Below are positions 29,387 through 39,232 of a stretch of 64,000 nt of DNA, one piece after another. This DNA comes from Planctomycetota bacterium (GTDB lineage Bacteria; Planctomycetota; MHYJ01; WSZJ01). Every line of letters starts with the position of its first letter. Position 1 is the stretch's first letter. Under the pieces are notes generated by a model. That model was not told the DNA's origin, ran no database searches, and saw nothing but the letters and a program-made list of their open reading frames with translations. The translations under genes were made by a program, and so were the position numbers. The stretch is from assembly GCA_038060895.1 (NCBI GenBank), contig JBBTCT010000031.1, positions 116,496 through 180,495 of the forward strand. Reading direction: 5' to 3'.

Positions 29387-31387
29387 ATGACCGAGGACCC
29401 CCTCAAATATTTCCGCATCGAGGCCCGCGAGCTCTCGCAGGGACTGAGCCGCGGCACGCTCGAATTGGAGAAGGGCGCGCCCTCCAGGGACGCCGTCCGC
29501 GGGCTGCTGCGCCTCGCGCATACGCTCAAGGGGGCCGCGCGCGTCGTCCGCCAACCGGAAATCGCCGAGCAAGCGCACGCCATCGAAGACACCCTCGCGC
29601 CCTTCCGCGAATCGGGCGGACCCGTCCCGCGAACCGCCATCGACCTCCTCCTCGCATCCCTCGACGCGATCGCCTCGCGCCTGGCCTCCCTCGAGTCTCA
29701 GCCCCGGGTCGCTCCCGCCGCCGAGGGACGATTCGAGACCGTCCGCCTCGAGCTCCGCGAGATGGACCAGCTCTTCGAGTCCGCCGGCGAATCCGCCTCC
29801 CACCTGGCGTCCTTGACCGCGCGCCTGGACGGGCTGGAGACAGCATGGGTCAGGCTGCAACGCACGATCGAGACGGCGTTTCGACGCGATGAAGCGGCTG
29901 GCGGGGTCCCCAGGGCGCTGAGGGCGCCGATCGAGGAAGCGCGCGACGCGGTCGAGCGGGCGCGGCGCGGCGCCGCCGAGGAAGCGGCGGCAAGCGCGGT
30001 CGAGCTCCGCGGGCTCCGGGGACAGGTCGACCGGATGCGGCTGGTGCCGGCCGCGGCGCTCTTCGATTCCCTCGAAAGGGCGGCGCGCGACGCGGCCCGG
30101 TCGCTCGGGAAGTCGGTGGAGTTCCGCTCAGCCGGCGGCGACGTGCGATTCGAAGCCAATGTCCTGGCGGGTCTGCAGGACATCCTCCTGCACCTCGTCC
30201 GCAATGCCGTCGCGCACGGAATCGAAGGGCCCGCGGCAAGAAGCGCGGCCGGGAAGCGGCCCGAGGGAGTGGTCGAAGTGCGAGTGGTGCGCCGCGGGCA
30301 CCGCGCGGTTGTTTCCTGCTCGGACGACGGCCGGGGGCTCGACACCGAGGCCATCAAGCAGGCGGCGGTTCGGCGCGGCGTGGTGAGCGCCGGGCAAGCG
30401 GCCGGGATGGGGCCGGAGGAAGTCGTGGCGATGATCATGAGGGGCGGCGTCACGACGACGGAGCGTCCCGACGGGACGTCCGGGCGCGGCGTCGGGCTCG
30501 ACGTCGTCGCCGCCGCTGCGGCGCGCCTCAAGGGCGTCGTTCGCGTGCGGACCGTGCCCCGCCGCGGGACCACTTTCGAGGCCGAAGTGCCGCTCTCCCT
30601 CTCGGCCCTGCGCGCGCTCCTGGTCGAGGCCGGCGGACGCGCCGTCGCCCTTCCTCTCGATTCCGTCCGCGAGGTCGTCCGCCTCGCGCCCGGGAACCGC
30701 ATCGAAGGAATTTCTGCCGGCCTCGCCGTGCGTCCCCTGGCCGCGCTGCTCGGCCCCGAGTTGCGTGCGGCCGGCGACTGCCGCTCGGCCGTTCTGGTCG
30801 ATGCCGGCGCCGGCACCATCGCCCTCGGAGTCGACCGCGTCAACGGAACCGAGAGCGTCGTCACGAGACTCGTGCCGCCATGGGCCGGCGCGCCACCCTG
30901 GATCGCGGGCGCCTCCATCCCGGAAGCCGGGGACCCGATCCTGCTCCTCGAGCCCTCCGCGCTCCCCGAGGCGGCCGGCACCGCCGCGCCCGCCCCGCCC
31001 GCCGCAAAACCGCCTCCCCTTCTCGTCGTCGACGATTCGCTCACCACGCGCCGGCTCCAGCAGAGCATCCTCGAATCGGCGGGATACGAAGTCGACCTTG
31101 CCGCTTCCGGCGAGGAAGGCATTGAGATGGCGAAGCGACGCCCGTACGGGCTCTTCCTGGTCGACGTCGAGATGCCCGGGATGAGCGGCTTCGATTTCGT
31201 GCGCGTGACGCGGGGAGACGCGGAGCAGGCGCGGGTGCCTGCGATGCTGGTGACGTCGCGCGGTTCGGCGGAGGACCGGGCGCGCGGGGAGGAAGCGGGG
31301 GCGGTGGCGTACATGGTGAAGAGCGACTTCGACCAGGTGGTTCTGCTCCGCCTGATCGCCCGGCTGCTGGCGGGGAGGCAGCCATGA
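29387..31387 (+). CDS. cheA: CheA-like hybrid kinase (Hpt-HATPase-CheW-REC)
   Basis: RLAHTLKGAAR, HLVRNAVAHGIE, SGRGVGLDVV and C-terminal receiver LVVDDS...DVEMP. Confidence 0.92.
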   Translation: MTEDPLKYFRIEARELSQGLSRGTLELEKGAPSRDAVRGLLRLAHTLKGAARVVRQPEIAEQAHAIEDTLAPFRESGGPVPRTAIDLLLASLDAIASRLASLESQPRVAPAAEGRFETVRLELREMDQLFESAGESASHLASLTARLDGLETAWVRLQRTIETAFRRDEAAGGVPRALRAPIEEARDAVERARRGAAEEAAASAVELRGLRGQVDRMRLVPAAALFDSLERAARDAARSLGKSVEFRSAGGDVRFEANVLAGLQDILLHLVRNAVAHGIEGPAARSAAGKRPEGVVEVRVVRRGHRAVVSCSDDGRGLDTEAIKQAAVRRGVVSAGQAAGMGPEEVVAMIMRGGVTTTERPDGTSGRGVGLDVVAAAAARLKGVVRVRTVPRRGTTFEAEVPLSLSALRALLVEAGGRAVALPLDSVREVVRLAPGNRIEGISAGLAVRPLAALLGPELRAAGDCRSAVLVDAGAGTIALGVDRVNGTESVVTRLVPPWAGAPPWIAGASIPEAGDPILLLEPSALPEAAGTAAPAPPAAKPPPLLVVDDSLTTRRLQQSILESAGYEVDLAASGEEGIEMAKRRPYGLFLVDVEMPGMSGFDFVRVTRGDAEQARVPAMLVTSRGSAEDRARGEEAGAVAYMVKSDFDQVVLLRLIARLLAGRQP

Positions 31388-32457
31388 CGACGCGCGTGCT
31401 CGTCGTGGAGGACTCCCTCACCGTCCGGCGGAAGCTGGTTGAAACGCTGGCGGCGGACCAGGAATTCGAGGTCGTGGGGGAAGCGGAGGACGGGGCGGGC
31501 GCAATCGAGCAGTGCCAGCGGCTGCGGCCGGACGTGGTGACGATGGACATGATGCTGCCGGTGATGACGGGTCTCGCGGCGACGGAGTACATCATGGCCT
31601 ACTGCCCGACGCCGATCCTGATCGTGTCGGCCTCAACAAACCGCGGTGAAGTCTTCAGGACATACGAAGCGCTTGCGGCGGGAGCGGTCGACGTGCTCGA
31701 GAAGCCGACCGGCGAAGAGCCGGAGGGCGCCTGGGAGAGGAATTTCCTTACGACGCTCCGGATCGTCGCGAAAATCCGGGTCATCACGCATCCCCGTGCG
31801 CGGATCACCGGCCGGCGTGGCGGAGCGCCCCTTCCCTTGGCGCCCGCCGCCGGCGCCCCCGGACCGGCCCTGCGCGCGGTCTTCATCGGCGCCTCGACCG
31901 GCGGGACCGCCGCCTCCCTCGAAATCCTCCGCGCCCTGCCGGCCGCCTTCCCGCTACCGGTTCTCCTCGTCATTCACATCGGCCAGGCATTCGCGCGATC
32001 CCTCTCCGAATGGCTCGACGGCCTTTCGCCGCTTCGCGTCCGCCACGCCGTGGACGGCGAGTCCATTCCCTCGCCGGGTGCCGGCTGCGTCCTCATGCCG
32101 CCTCCCGACCGGCACCTGGCCGTCTCCGAGGGACGGGTCAGGATCCACTCCGGCCCCGAGCGCCATTCCTGCAGGCCCTCCGTCGACGTTCTTTTCGAAT
32201 CTGCGGCGAGGGAGCTCGGAAGCGCCGCCGTGGGAGTCCTGTTGACCGGCATGGGCCGCGACGGCGCTGACGGCCTGCTCGCGCTTCGCCGCGCCGGCGC
32301 TCCGACGATCGCGCAGGACGAGGAGTCGTGCGTCGTGTTCGGAATGCCGCGGGAGGCGATCCAGCTGGACGCCGCCGAGCGAGTGCTGCCGCTGGGCCTC
32401 ATCGGCCCGGCGCTGACCGACCTGGCCGCGACCCGCGGCGCGGGAGGGCGCGCATGA
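31384..32457 (+). CDS. cheB: Chemotaxis methylesterase CheB
   Basis: Receiver domain plus GASTGG, VIHI, RPSVDVLF and LTGMGRDGA. Confidence 0.94.
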   Translation: MTTRVLVVEDSLTVRRKLVETLAADQEFEVVGEAEDGAGAIEQCQRLRPDVVTMDMMLPVMTGLAATEYIMAYCPTPILIVSASTNRGEVFRTYEALAAGAVDVLEKPTGEEPEGAWERNFLTTLRIVAKIRVITHPRARITGRRGGAPLPLAPAAGAPGPALRAVFIGASTGGTAASLEILRALPAAFPLPVLLVIHIGQAFARSLSEWLDGLSPLRVRHAVDGESIPSPGAGCVLMPPPDRHLAVSEGRVRIHSGPERHSCRPSVDVLFESAARELGSAAVGVLLTGMGRDGADGLLALRRAGAPTIAQDEESCVVFGMPREAIQLDAAERVLPLGLIGPALTDLAATRGAGGRA

Positions 32458-34421
32458 AGCGGCGTGTCCTGGTGGTCGACGACAGCTTGACGATCCGCGG
32501 GGATCTCGAGGAGACCCTGACGGGGGCCGGGTTCGAAGTGACGGCAGTGGGGACGCTGGCCGAGGCGCGGCGTTGCCTGGCCATCGGCGGGAACGACCTC
32601 GTCGTGCTGGATGTGCTGCTCCCCGACGGCGACGGAGTTGACTTCCTCGGCGAGATTCGGGCTCTTCCGGGAGCGCCGGTCCCGGTGATCCTCCTCTCGA
32701 CGGAAGCGGAAGTGAAGGACCGGATCCGCGGCCTGCGAACCGGGGCCGACGACTACGTGGGAAAGCCGTACGACCGCGACTGGCTCGTGTCCCGGGCGCG
32801 CGAGTTGACGAGGGGCCCCCTGGAGAAGACGCCGTCTCCGCTGGTGCTCGTCATCGACGACAGCCCGACCGTGCTGGAAGGGCTGCGCGCCACGCTGACG
32901 GAGGCGGGGTACGAAGTCACGACCGCGGAAACCGGCGAGGCCGGGCTGCGGCTCGCTTCCGATGCGCGGCCGACCGCCGTCATCGTCGATTCGGGACTTC
33001 CCGGGATCGACGGCGCGACCGTGATCCGGCGAATGCGCCAGGACGCGGCACTCCGGCGACTCCCGGTGATGCTCCTCACGGCTTCCGAGGGTCAGGGATT
33101 CGAAGTGACGGCCCTCGATGCGGGGGCCGACGCCTACGTCCGCAAGGAGGACGGCATGCCGGTCGTCCTCGCGAAGCTCGGCGCGATGTTGCGCGCTTCC
33201 GGCGCACCCGCCGATATGTCGGAACCGGCGTCCCTCGGGTCGCCGAAGCGTGTCCTTGCCGTCGACGACAGCGAAACCTACCTGCAGGTGCTGGCCGAAC
33301 GGCTTCGGAGCGAGGGGTACGAAGTCGCGCTCGCGCGGTCGGGGGCGGCGGCGCTTGAGCTCCTCGAAGTCCAGCCCGTCGACTGCGTGCTGCTCGACAT
33401 GCTCATGCCGGAGATGTCGGGCACGGAGGCGTGCCGCGCGATCAAGAAGAACCCGGCGTGGCGCGACATCCCGCTGATCATGCTGACGGCGCTCGACGAG
33501 CGGGAAGCGATGATTGAGGGGATCAACGCCGGGGCGGACGACTACATCACGAAGACCGCGGATTTCGAGGTGCTGCGAGCGCGGCTCCGCGCCCAGCTCC
33601 GGCGAAAGCAGTTCGAGGACGAGAACCGGCACATCCGGGAGGAACTCGGGCGGCGCGAGAAGGAGGCCGCGGAGGAGCGGGCGGCGCGGGCGCTGGCCGA
33701 AACCCGCGCGGCCCTCATGGCGGAGCTGGAAAACAAGAATCAGGAGTTGGAAGCGTTCTCCTACTCCGTCTCCCACGACCTGCGGGCTCCCCTGCGCGCC
33801 ATCGACGGATTTTGCGCCGCGCTTCAGGAGGACTGCTCGGACCGGCTTGACGACGCCGGCAAAGGCTACCTCGCCCGCGTCCGAAAGGCCGCAGGCCGCA
33901 TGGGCCGCCTGATCGACGATCTCCTCGCCTTCTCGCGAGTCGGCCGCTTCGGGATGTGTCTCTCTTCGGTCGACATGGAGGGCCTCGCGCGGGCCTCCGT
34001 CGTCGAACTGCGTGAACAGAACCCGTCGTCCGCCCTCGAGTTTTCCGTCGGCAGCCTCCAACGCGTGAACGGCGATTCCTCGCTCCTCACGCAGGTGTTC
34101 CAGAACCTCCTCGCCAACGCCGTCAAATACTCTTCAGGCCGCAGTCCAGCCCGCATCGGCGTCACCTGCGAAGACAAGCCCGATGAAGCCGTGTTCTCCG
34201 TCCGGGATAACGGGGTCGGCTTTGACCCGCAGTACGCCCACAAACTTTTCGGCGTCTTCCAGCGCCTCCACCGCTCCGACGAATTCGAAGGAACCGGCGT
34301 CGGACTGGCACTTGTGAAGCGCATCGTCGAGCGCCACGGCGGCCGCGTCTGGGCCGAAGGCGCCCCCGGGGACGGCGCGGCGTTTCACTTCTCCATCCCG
34401 AAGAAAGCGGCCCACCCATGA
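32454..34421 (+). CDS. Triple-receiver sensor histidine kinase
   Basis: Three REC domains, then [29 protein letters not shown] and GTGVGLA. Confidence 0.92.
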   Translation: MKRRVLVVDDSLTIRGDLEETLTGAGFEVTAVGTLAEARRCLAIGGNDLVVLDVLLPDGDGVDFLGEIRALPGAPVPVILLSTEAEVKDRIRGLRTGADDYVGKPYDRDWLVSRARELTRGPLEKTPSPLVLVIDDSPTVLEGLRATLTEAGYEVTTAETGEAGLRLASDARPTAVIVDSGLPGIDGATVIRRMRQDAALRRLPVMLLTASEGQGFEVTALDAGADAYVRKEDGMPVVLAKLGAMLRASGAPADMSEPASLGSPKRVLAVDDSETYLQVLAERLRSEGYEVALARSGAAALELLEVQPVDCVLLDMLMPEMSGTEACRAIKKNPAWRDIPLIMLTALDEREAMIEGINAGADDYITKTADFEVLRARLRAQLRRKQFEDENRHIREELGRREKEAAEERAARALAETRAALMAELENKNQELEAFSYSVSHDLRAPLRAIDGFCAALQEDCSDRLDDAGKGYLARVRKAAGRMGRLIDDLLAFSRVGRFGMCLSSVDMEGLARASVVELREQNPSSALEFSVGSLQRVNGDSSLLTQVFQNLLANAVKYSSGRSPARIGVTCEDKPDEAVFSVRDNGVGFDPQYAHKLFGVFQRLHRSDEFEGTGVGLALVKRIVERHGGRVWAEGAPGDGAAFHFSIPKKAAHP

Positions 34422-34843
34422 CCAGCGGAATCGTCGACGTCCTCCTCGTCGAAGACAACCCGGATGATGCCGAACTCACCATCCGTACTCTTCGCAAGCA
34501 CCACCTCGCGAACGCCCTTCACCACGTCTGCGACGGCGAAGAAGCGCTCCGGTACCTGACAGGACCGGAGGCACACTCGCCGCTTCCCGGGCTCGTGATC
34601 CTCGATCTGAAGCTCCCGAAGGTGGACGGTTTCGATGTTCTGCGGGCGCTTCGCGCCGACCCGCGCACGAAGTCCATCCCTGTCGTCGTAATGACCTCCT
34701 CCCGGGAGGACAAGGACCTGGCGAAGTGTTACGAGTTGGGAACCAACAGCTACGTCGTGAAACCGATCGAGTTCGGGGAATTCGCCGAGGCCGTGGCGCG
34801 CCTCGGTCTCTACTGGATGCTCACCAACTCCGTTCCGAGGTAA
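34418..34843 (+). CDS. Single-domain response regulator (Rcp1-like)
   Basis: [27 protein letters not shown] and NSYVVKP. Confidence 0.92.
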   Translation: MTSGIVDVLLVEDNPDDAELTIRTLRKHHLANALHHVCDGEEALRYLTGPEAHSPLPGLVILDLKLPKVDGFDVLRALRADPRTKSIPVVVMTSSREDKDLAKCYELGTNSYVVKPIEFGEFAEAVARLGLYWMLTNSVPR

Positions 34844-34849
34844 CCGGCC

Positions 34850-36421
34850 ATGAAACCCGACGAGAAGCAGCGCCCCCTCCGAATCCTCGTCCTCGAGGAC
34901 GAGCAGGACGATTTCGACCTGTTGATCCGCCAGCTCGAGCGGGAAGGTCTCCAGTTCCAGCACCTGCGCGTGCAGACCGAGCCGGATTTCACGCGGGAGC
35001 TCAAGGACTTCGGCCCGGACGTGGTGATCTCGGACTTTCACATGCCCCACTTCGACGGCCTGTCGGCGCTTCGCATTCACCTGAAATCGCGCGCGGACAC
35101 CCCGTTTCTGTTCGTCTCAGGGACGATCGGAGAGGAAACGGCGGTGGAGGCGCTGAAGCAAGGGGCGACGGACTATCTCCTGAAAGGTCACCTTTTGAGG
35201 CTCGGGCAGGCGGTGCGCCGGGCGGTGGAGGAGGCGCGGGCGAACGCCGAGCGGCGGCGTCTTGAGCTGGAGCTCTTCCATTCCCAGAAAATGGAAGCCA
35301 TCGGCCGGTTGGCGGGCGGCGTGGCGCACGACTTCAATAACCTGCTCACGGCGATCCTCGGGTACTCCGAACTCCTGGCAAACGGGTTGAAACCCGGGGA
35401 TCCGATGCTCGAGGGGCTCACCGAAATCCGGAACGCAGGGCGGCGCGCGGCGGAGCTCACGCGGCAGCTCCTGGCGTTCGGGCGCAAGCAGGTGCTCTCT
35501 CCGCGGGTGACGGACGTGAACGAAGTCCTGACCGGCCTTCTCAGGCTCATGGCGCGCCTGATCGGGGAGGACATCGACTTGAAGACCCAGTTTGAACCCC
35601 GCCTGAAAAGCGTTTTCGTCGATCCCGGCCAGCTCGAGCAGGTCGTCATGAACCTCGTCGTCAATTCCCGCGACGCAATGCCCCGGGGCGGCACGATCAT
35701 TCTCGGCACGCGCATGGCTTCCCCGGACGCGCGCGTCCTCGCCGCGAGCGAAGGCGCCCGCACCGGGCTCCACGTCGTCGTCGAAGTCGTCGACACGGGG
35801 AGCGGCATGACCCCGGAGACGATTTCCCGCATGTTCGAGCCGTTCTTCACCACGAAGGGCGTCGGCAAAGGGACCGGATTGGGCCTCGCCACCGTCTATG
35901 GCATCGTGCACCAGAGCGGCGGATTCATCGATGTCGAGTCCACCCCGGGCCACGGGACCGTGTTCCGGATTTACTTCCCGCCGGCCCCCTTACCTGCAAG
36001 CGCGGCGCCCACGCCGGCCCAGCCCGCGCCCCTCCCCTCCGGCTCCGGATGCATTCTGCTGGTCGAGGACGAGGAAACGGTCCGCAGACTTGCAGCCCAG
36101 GTTCTTCGTGCGAAAGGCTACAAGGTGATCGAGGCGATCAGCGGCGTCGCGGCCATGGCTCTTTCACGCGAAAGTCAGACCCTCGATCTCCTGCTCACGG
36201 ACCTCGTCATGCCAAAAATGGGAGGCTACGAGCTGGCCTCGCTTCTCAGGAAAGACCGCCCCGAGCTTCGAGTGATCTTCATGTCCGGCTACTCCCCGGA
36301 CGCCGTTCTCGAAGGATCTCCTCCGGCGCGCGGCGAGACCTTCCTGAGCAAGCCGTTTTCCCCGCAGGAGCTGGTTCGGTGCGTCCAGGAGAAGCTGAAC
36401 CCGCAGGAGAAGGCGAAGTAG
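34850..36421 (+). CDS. Hybrid histidine kinase (REC-HK-REC, CckA-like)
   Basis: QKMEAIGRLAGGVAHDFNNLL, NSRDAM, FEPFFTTK and GTGLGLA, with receivers at both ends. Confidence 0.92.
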   Translation: MKPDEKQRPLRILVLEDEQDDFDLLIRQLEREGLQFQHLRVQTEPDFTRELKDFGPDVVISDFHMPHFDGLSALRIHLKSRADTPFLFVSGTIGEETAVEALKQGATDYLLKGHLLRLGQAVRRAVEEARANAERRRLELELFHSQKMEAIGRLAGGVAHDFNNLLTAILGYSELLANGLKPGDPMLEGLTEIRNAGRRAAELTRQLLAFGRKQVLSPRVTDVNEVLTGLLRLMARLIGEDIDLKTQFEPRLKSVFVDPGQLEQVVMNLVVNSRDAMPRGGTIILGTRMASPDARVLAASEGARTGLHVVVEVVDTGSGMTPETISRMFEPFFTTKGVGKGTGLGLATVYGIVHQSGGFIDVESTPGHGTVFRIYFPPAPLPASAAPTPAQPAPLPSGSGCILLVEDEETVRRLAAQVLRAKGYKVIEAISGVAAMALSRESQTLDLLLTDLVMPKMGGYELASLLRKDRPELRVIFMSGYSPDAVLEGSPPARGETFLSKPFSPQELVRCVQEKLNPQEKAK

Positions 36422-36447
36422 AAGCGTGCGTCCGGGTGCGTTTTCAT

Positions 36448-36554
36448 TCGCGGAGTGTGAAATGAAGTCGGGCTCCGGAGTCGAGGGGCGCCGCGCGGCC
36501 GCTTGCGCGTGCGCCCCGAGACGCAGGGGCCCGACTTCGTTTCATACTCCGCGA
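36448..36554. terminator. Long hairpin (29-bp arms) between the convergent che operon and the tRNA-Phe att site
   Basis: Arms 36448-36476 and 36526-36554; all three mismatches are G-U pairs on the + strand. Confidence 0.6.
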
Positions 36555-36600
36555 GATGGGCAGACCGGGGGTCGAACCCGGGACTCCTGGATTTTCAATC
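36555..36600 (-). repeat. att site: 46-bp duplicate of the tRNA-Phe 3' half
   Basis: GATGGGCAGACCGGGGGTCGAACCCGGGACTCCTGGATTTTCAATC, identical to 49046-49091. Confidence 0.95.
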
Positions 36601-36724
36601 AAGGGACTTCGCAGCGCAAGAATGCGCGCAAGCGCCAATTGCGACAGGGACTTGCGGCGATTGCCCCGTTTCGCAGATTGCCCTTGGCCCCAGCCAAGGC
36701 CCCATATCCGCCTCCGAAAGCGCC

Positions 36725-37876
36725 TCATTTCGCAAGCGCCTCCCGAACGCCGTTCCGCCCGAGCGCCAGCACGTTCCCGAGCTTCTCCACTGCGGACAGC
36801 CCGGCCTCCGGCGCGAAGTGCGCGTAGCGCATGGTCATTGCGAGCGTGGCGTGTCCGAGGATTTTCGACACGTCGAAGATCGGGACTCCGGCGGCGACCA
36901 TGAGAGAAGCGGCGGTATGCCGGAGAGTGTGAAACGTGACTTTAGGGAGCTTCTCCGCCGGGATCGCCTTGCGAACCTCTTCGGCGCGGAGCGCCCGGGC
37001 GAGCCCCTTTTTCAGCACGGTCTTTGTGATCCGCTTGCCGTTCGCCTGCCGGAAAACGGGATCGTCGCCCTTGAGAGCGGCGGCGTTGACGGAGCGGGCG
37101 GCGTGAAGTGCCGACAACTCCGCGAAGAGGTCCGCCGAAATCTTGATCGCCCGCCCCTTCCCGCTCTTCGAGTTCTCCGGTTCAACGAAGATCGTCCGCC
37201 GGTCGAAATCAACGGAGCGCCACGAAAGCCGGATGCACTCGCCCTGCCTCATGCCGGTTGAAACTGCCGTCGTCAGCACGGGCCGCATGACGGCATCGGC
37301 GGAGGCGACAAGCGCCCGCGCCTCCGTCGCCGCGAGGTACGTTTCCCGTTCCCTGCCCTTCTCCGAAAACTTCTCAACGTCGCGGATCGGATTCGCGGCG
37401 ACGTGGCCCATTCTCCGCCCCCACTTGAACAGGGCGGAAGCGGCGTGAATGTCCCTGTTGCACGTCGCGACGGAAACGGCTTTCCGTCGCTCTTCGATCC
37501 ACTTCACAAAGTCCGAAGCGCGCAGGTCGGAGAGGTAGCGTTTCCCGAACGGAGCCGCGCAGAGTCCGCGAAGCCGAACAGCGTCAATCGCGCGGGTCGA
37601 ATCCTTCACGCGGCCCTTGCGGTATTCGAGGAAGAGTCCCGACGCACCCTCAAACGTGAGGCGGGAAGCGGGAGCGCCGCCGAACGCTTCCGCGCACGCT
37701 CTGTCGAGGTCCGCTCCGCCGTCGAGCTTACTGCGGAGCTTGGCAAGGTTGCTCTTTGCCACGTCCCGCCCAATGCCCGCATACTTTTCGACCGTCACGC
37801 CACGCCAGGTAACGCGAGCGTAGAAGCCGGGCCGGTCCCCGCGAGTCTTGAGAGAGCCGAAGTCGCGCCTACTCAT
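36725..37876 (-). CDS. Tyrosine recombinase/integrase
   Basis: TGMRQGE (R), SKSGK (K), FHTLRHTAAS (HxxR) and ILGHATLAMTMRYAH (H,Y); adjacent to att. Confidence 0.95.
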   Translation of the reverse strand: MSRRDFGSLKTRGDRPGFYARVTWRGVTVEKYAGIGRDVAKSNLAKLRSKLDGGADLDRACAEAFGGAPASRLTFEGASGLFLEYRKGRVKDSTRAIDAVRLRGLCAAPFGKRYLSDLRASDFVKWIEERRKAVSVATCNRDIHAASALFKWGRRMGHVAANPIRDVEKFSEKGRERETYLAATEARALVASADAVMRPVLTTAVSTGMRQGECIRLSWRSVDFDRRTIFVEPENSKSGKGRAIKISADLFAELSALHAARSVNAAALKGDDPVFRQANGKRITKTVLKKGLARALRAEEVRKAIPAEKLPKVTFHTLRHTAASLMVAAGVPIFDVSKILGHATLAMTMRYAHFAPEAGLSAVEKLGNVLALGRNGVREALAK

Positions 37877-38060
37877 GCTTGCCTCCCTTCTTCGAGTTCC
37901 TCGCGGCAACGGCGTCTTCCAAAAGGACGCGGGCGAGGTCGGACAGGTTGCGCCGGTCGGACTCTGCAAGCGCCTTCAAGGTCGCGTGCAGTTCCGGCGT
38001 CAGGCGAACGAAGAGCATCGAGGTCTTCAAGGCTTTCCCCTTTCGCGTTGGTTGTCTCAT
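37869..38060 (-). CDS. Small ribbon-helix-helix (Arc/CopG-like) regulator
   Basis: MLFVRLTPELHATLKALAESDRRNLSDLARVLLEDAV; overlaps the integrase start. Confidence 0.75.
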   Translation of the reverse strand: MRQPTRKGKALKTSMLFVRLTPELHATLKALAESDRRNLSDLARVLLEDAVAARNSKKGGKHE

Positions 38061-38067
38061 GCGGGGA

Positions 38068-38097
38068 ATCTTACTGTACGGTGTCAGACATTGTCAA
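38068..38097 (-). promoter_or_regulatory. Sigma70-type promoter TTGACA-N18-TAAGAT for the RHH-integrase operon
   Basis: Minus-strand TTGACA at 38097-38092 and TAAGAT at 38073-38068, with the ATG 7 nt downstream. Confidence 0.7.
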
Positions 38098-38802
38098 GTA
38101 CAATCCGACAGTCTGGGGAGGAAGTGATATCACTCGCTCGGCGACGGGTTCCCCGCGAAAGCCGTGCGCGCGTCGGGTTCGCGCGAGCCGGGCCGGGCCG
38201 GGAAGCGAGGCCGGAGAGAGCGAAGCGAGTCGATTTGCCCCATTCCGTGCGGGGAGGGACCCGCGTACCGAAATCGTTAAGCCCGACCATCGCTCGCGCG
38301 GGGGCATGGAGAAAGTGAAGCGGGCGATCCGGTGCGCGTCCCCTGCCGCACTAGTCCGGGCCGCCCGCTCCGCGAGAAACGGTAGCACGGCGTGGGGGGA
38401 GGAGAGCAAGGGGACCGGGGTAGGTCAGGTGGAACCTCGCTCGAATGGAACCGCGCCTGTCCTGTATGTCCCCGCGAATCGAGTTTCCCCCGACGAAAAC
38501 AAAACCCCGGTCGGATCGCTTCGATACGTCCAATGGTTCGGATCAGGGTATGGCAGGGAGGGAAGGCAACCCGACCGGGACCGCGAGTTTACGAAGGTCG
38601 GGGCGAAGGGCAAGAAGGCGGAGGGGCCGGGGAGAGATGTGCGGTCATCAGGTCCATTCGCCCTGAGTTTGGTTCCATCCGCGAGGAATCGTTCCGCCGA
38701 GCGCGGTCGATCAGGTCCATTTCCTTTCGCGTTGGGAGTCCCGCGTCCCATACGATCCAGTCGTTCCTCATCCTCTCGCCCCTAAAGCTTGGAGCCTAGA
38801 CC

Positions 38803-39228
38803 ATGCGAGTTGCTTTCGCTCACTTCGCCGACTTCGTGAACATTACCCACGATGGAAAGTTGAACGTCCTCGGCATCTTCGAGGCTGTTCGGGCAACGCA
38901 TGTGCCTGCCTCGATTCCGTCGCTGGCACTGGTCTTCCGGGTAGAAGCTGAGGCGCACGAACTCGGTCGAGACTTGACGATTCTCGTCGATGTCCAGACT
39001 CCGAAGGGCGTCTCTATCCCCGTAATCAACGCTCCGTTCCGTGTCGAGAGACTCGTTCCCGACGATCCCGGCCCAACGTTTTCGACAAACGTGACGGTGA
39101 CGCTTCAGAACCTCGTTCTTGAGTCCTTCGGACGGTACGAGTTCCGCCTCCTTCACTTCCAAGTGGTCCTTCATTCACTCGCGCTAACGGTTTTGCCGAT
39201 TCCTCTGGCGAAGTCCAAGGCGAAGTAG
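38803..39228 (+). CDS. DUF6941-like beta-rich protein
   Basis: FADFVNITHDGKLNVLGIFEAV...P...LALVFR...GRYEFRL pattern, recognised from memory of the family. Confidence 0.65.
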   Translation: MRVAFAHFADFVNITHDGKLNVLGIFEAVRATHVPASIPSLALVFRVEAEAHELGRDLTILVDVQTPKGVSIPVINAPFRVERLVPDDPGPTFSTNVTVTLQNLVLESFGRYEFRLLHFQVVLHSLALTVLPIPLAKSKAK

Positions 39229-39232
39229 CCGC

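Noticed and set aside
36555-36600. Second tRNA-Phe gene
   Set aside because: Only the 3' half (anticodon loop to acceptor) is present; it is the att duplication
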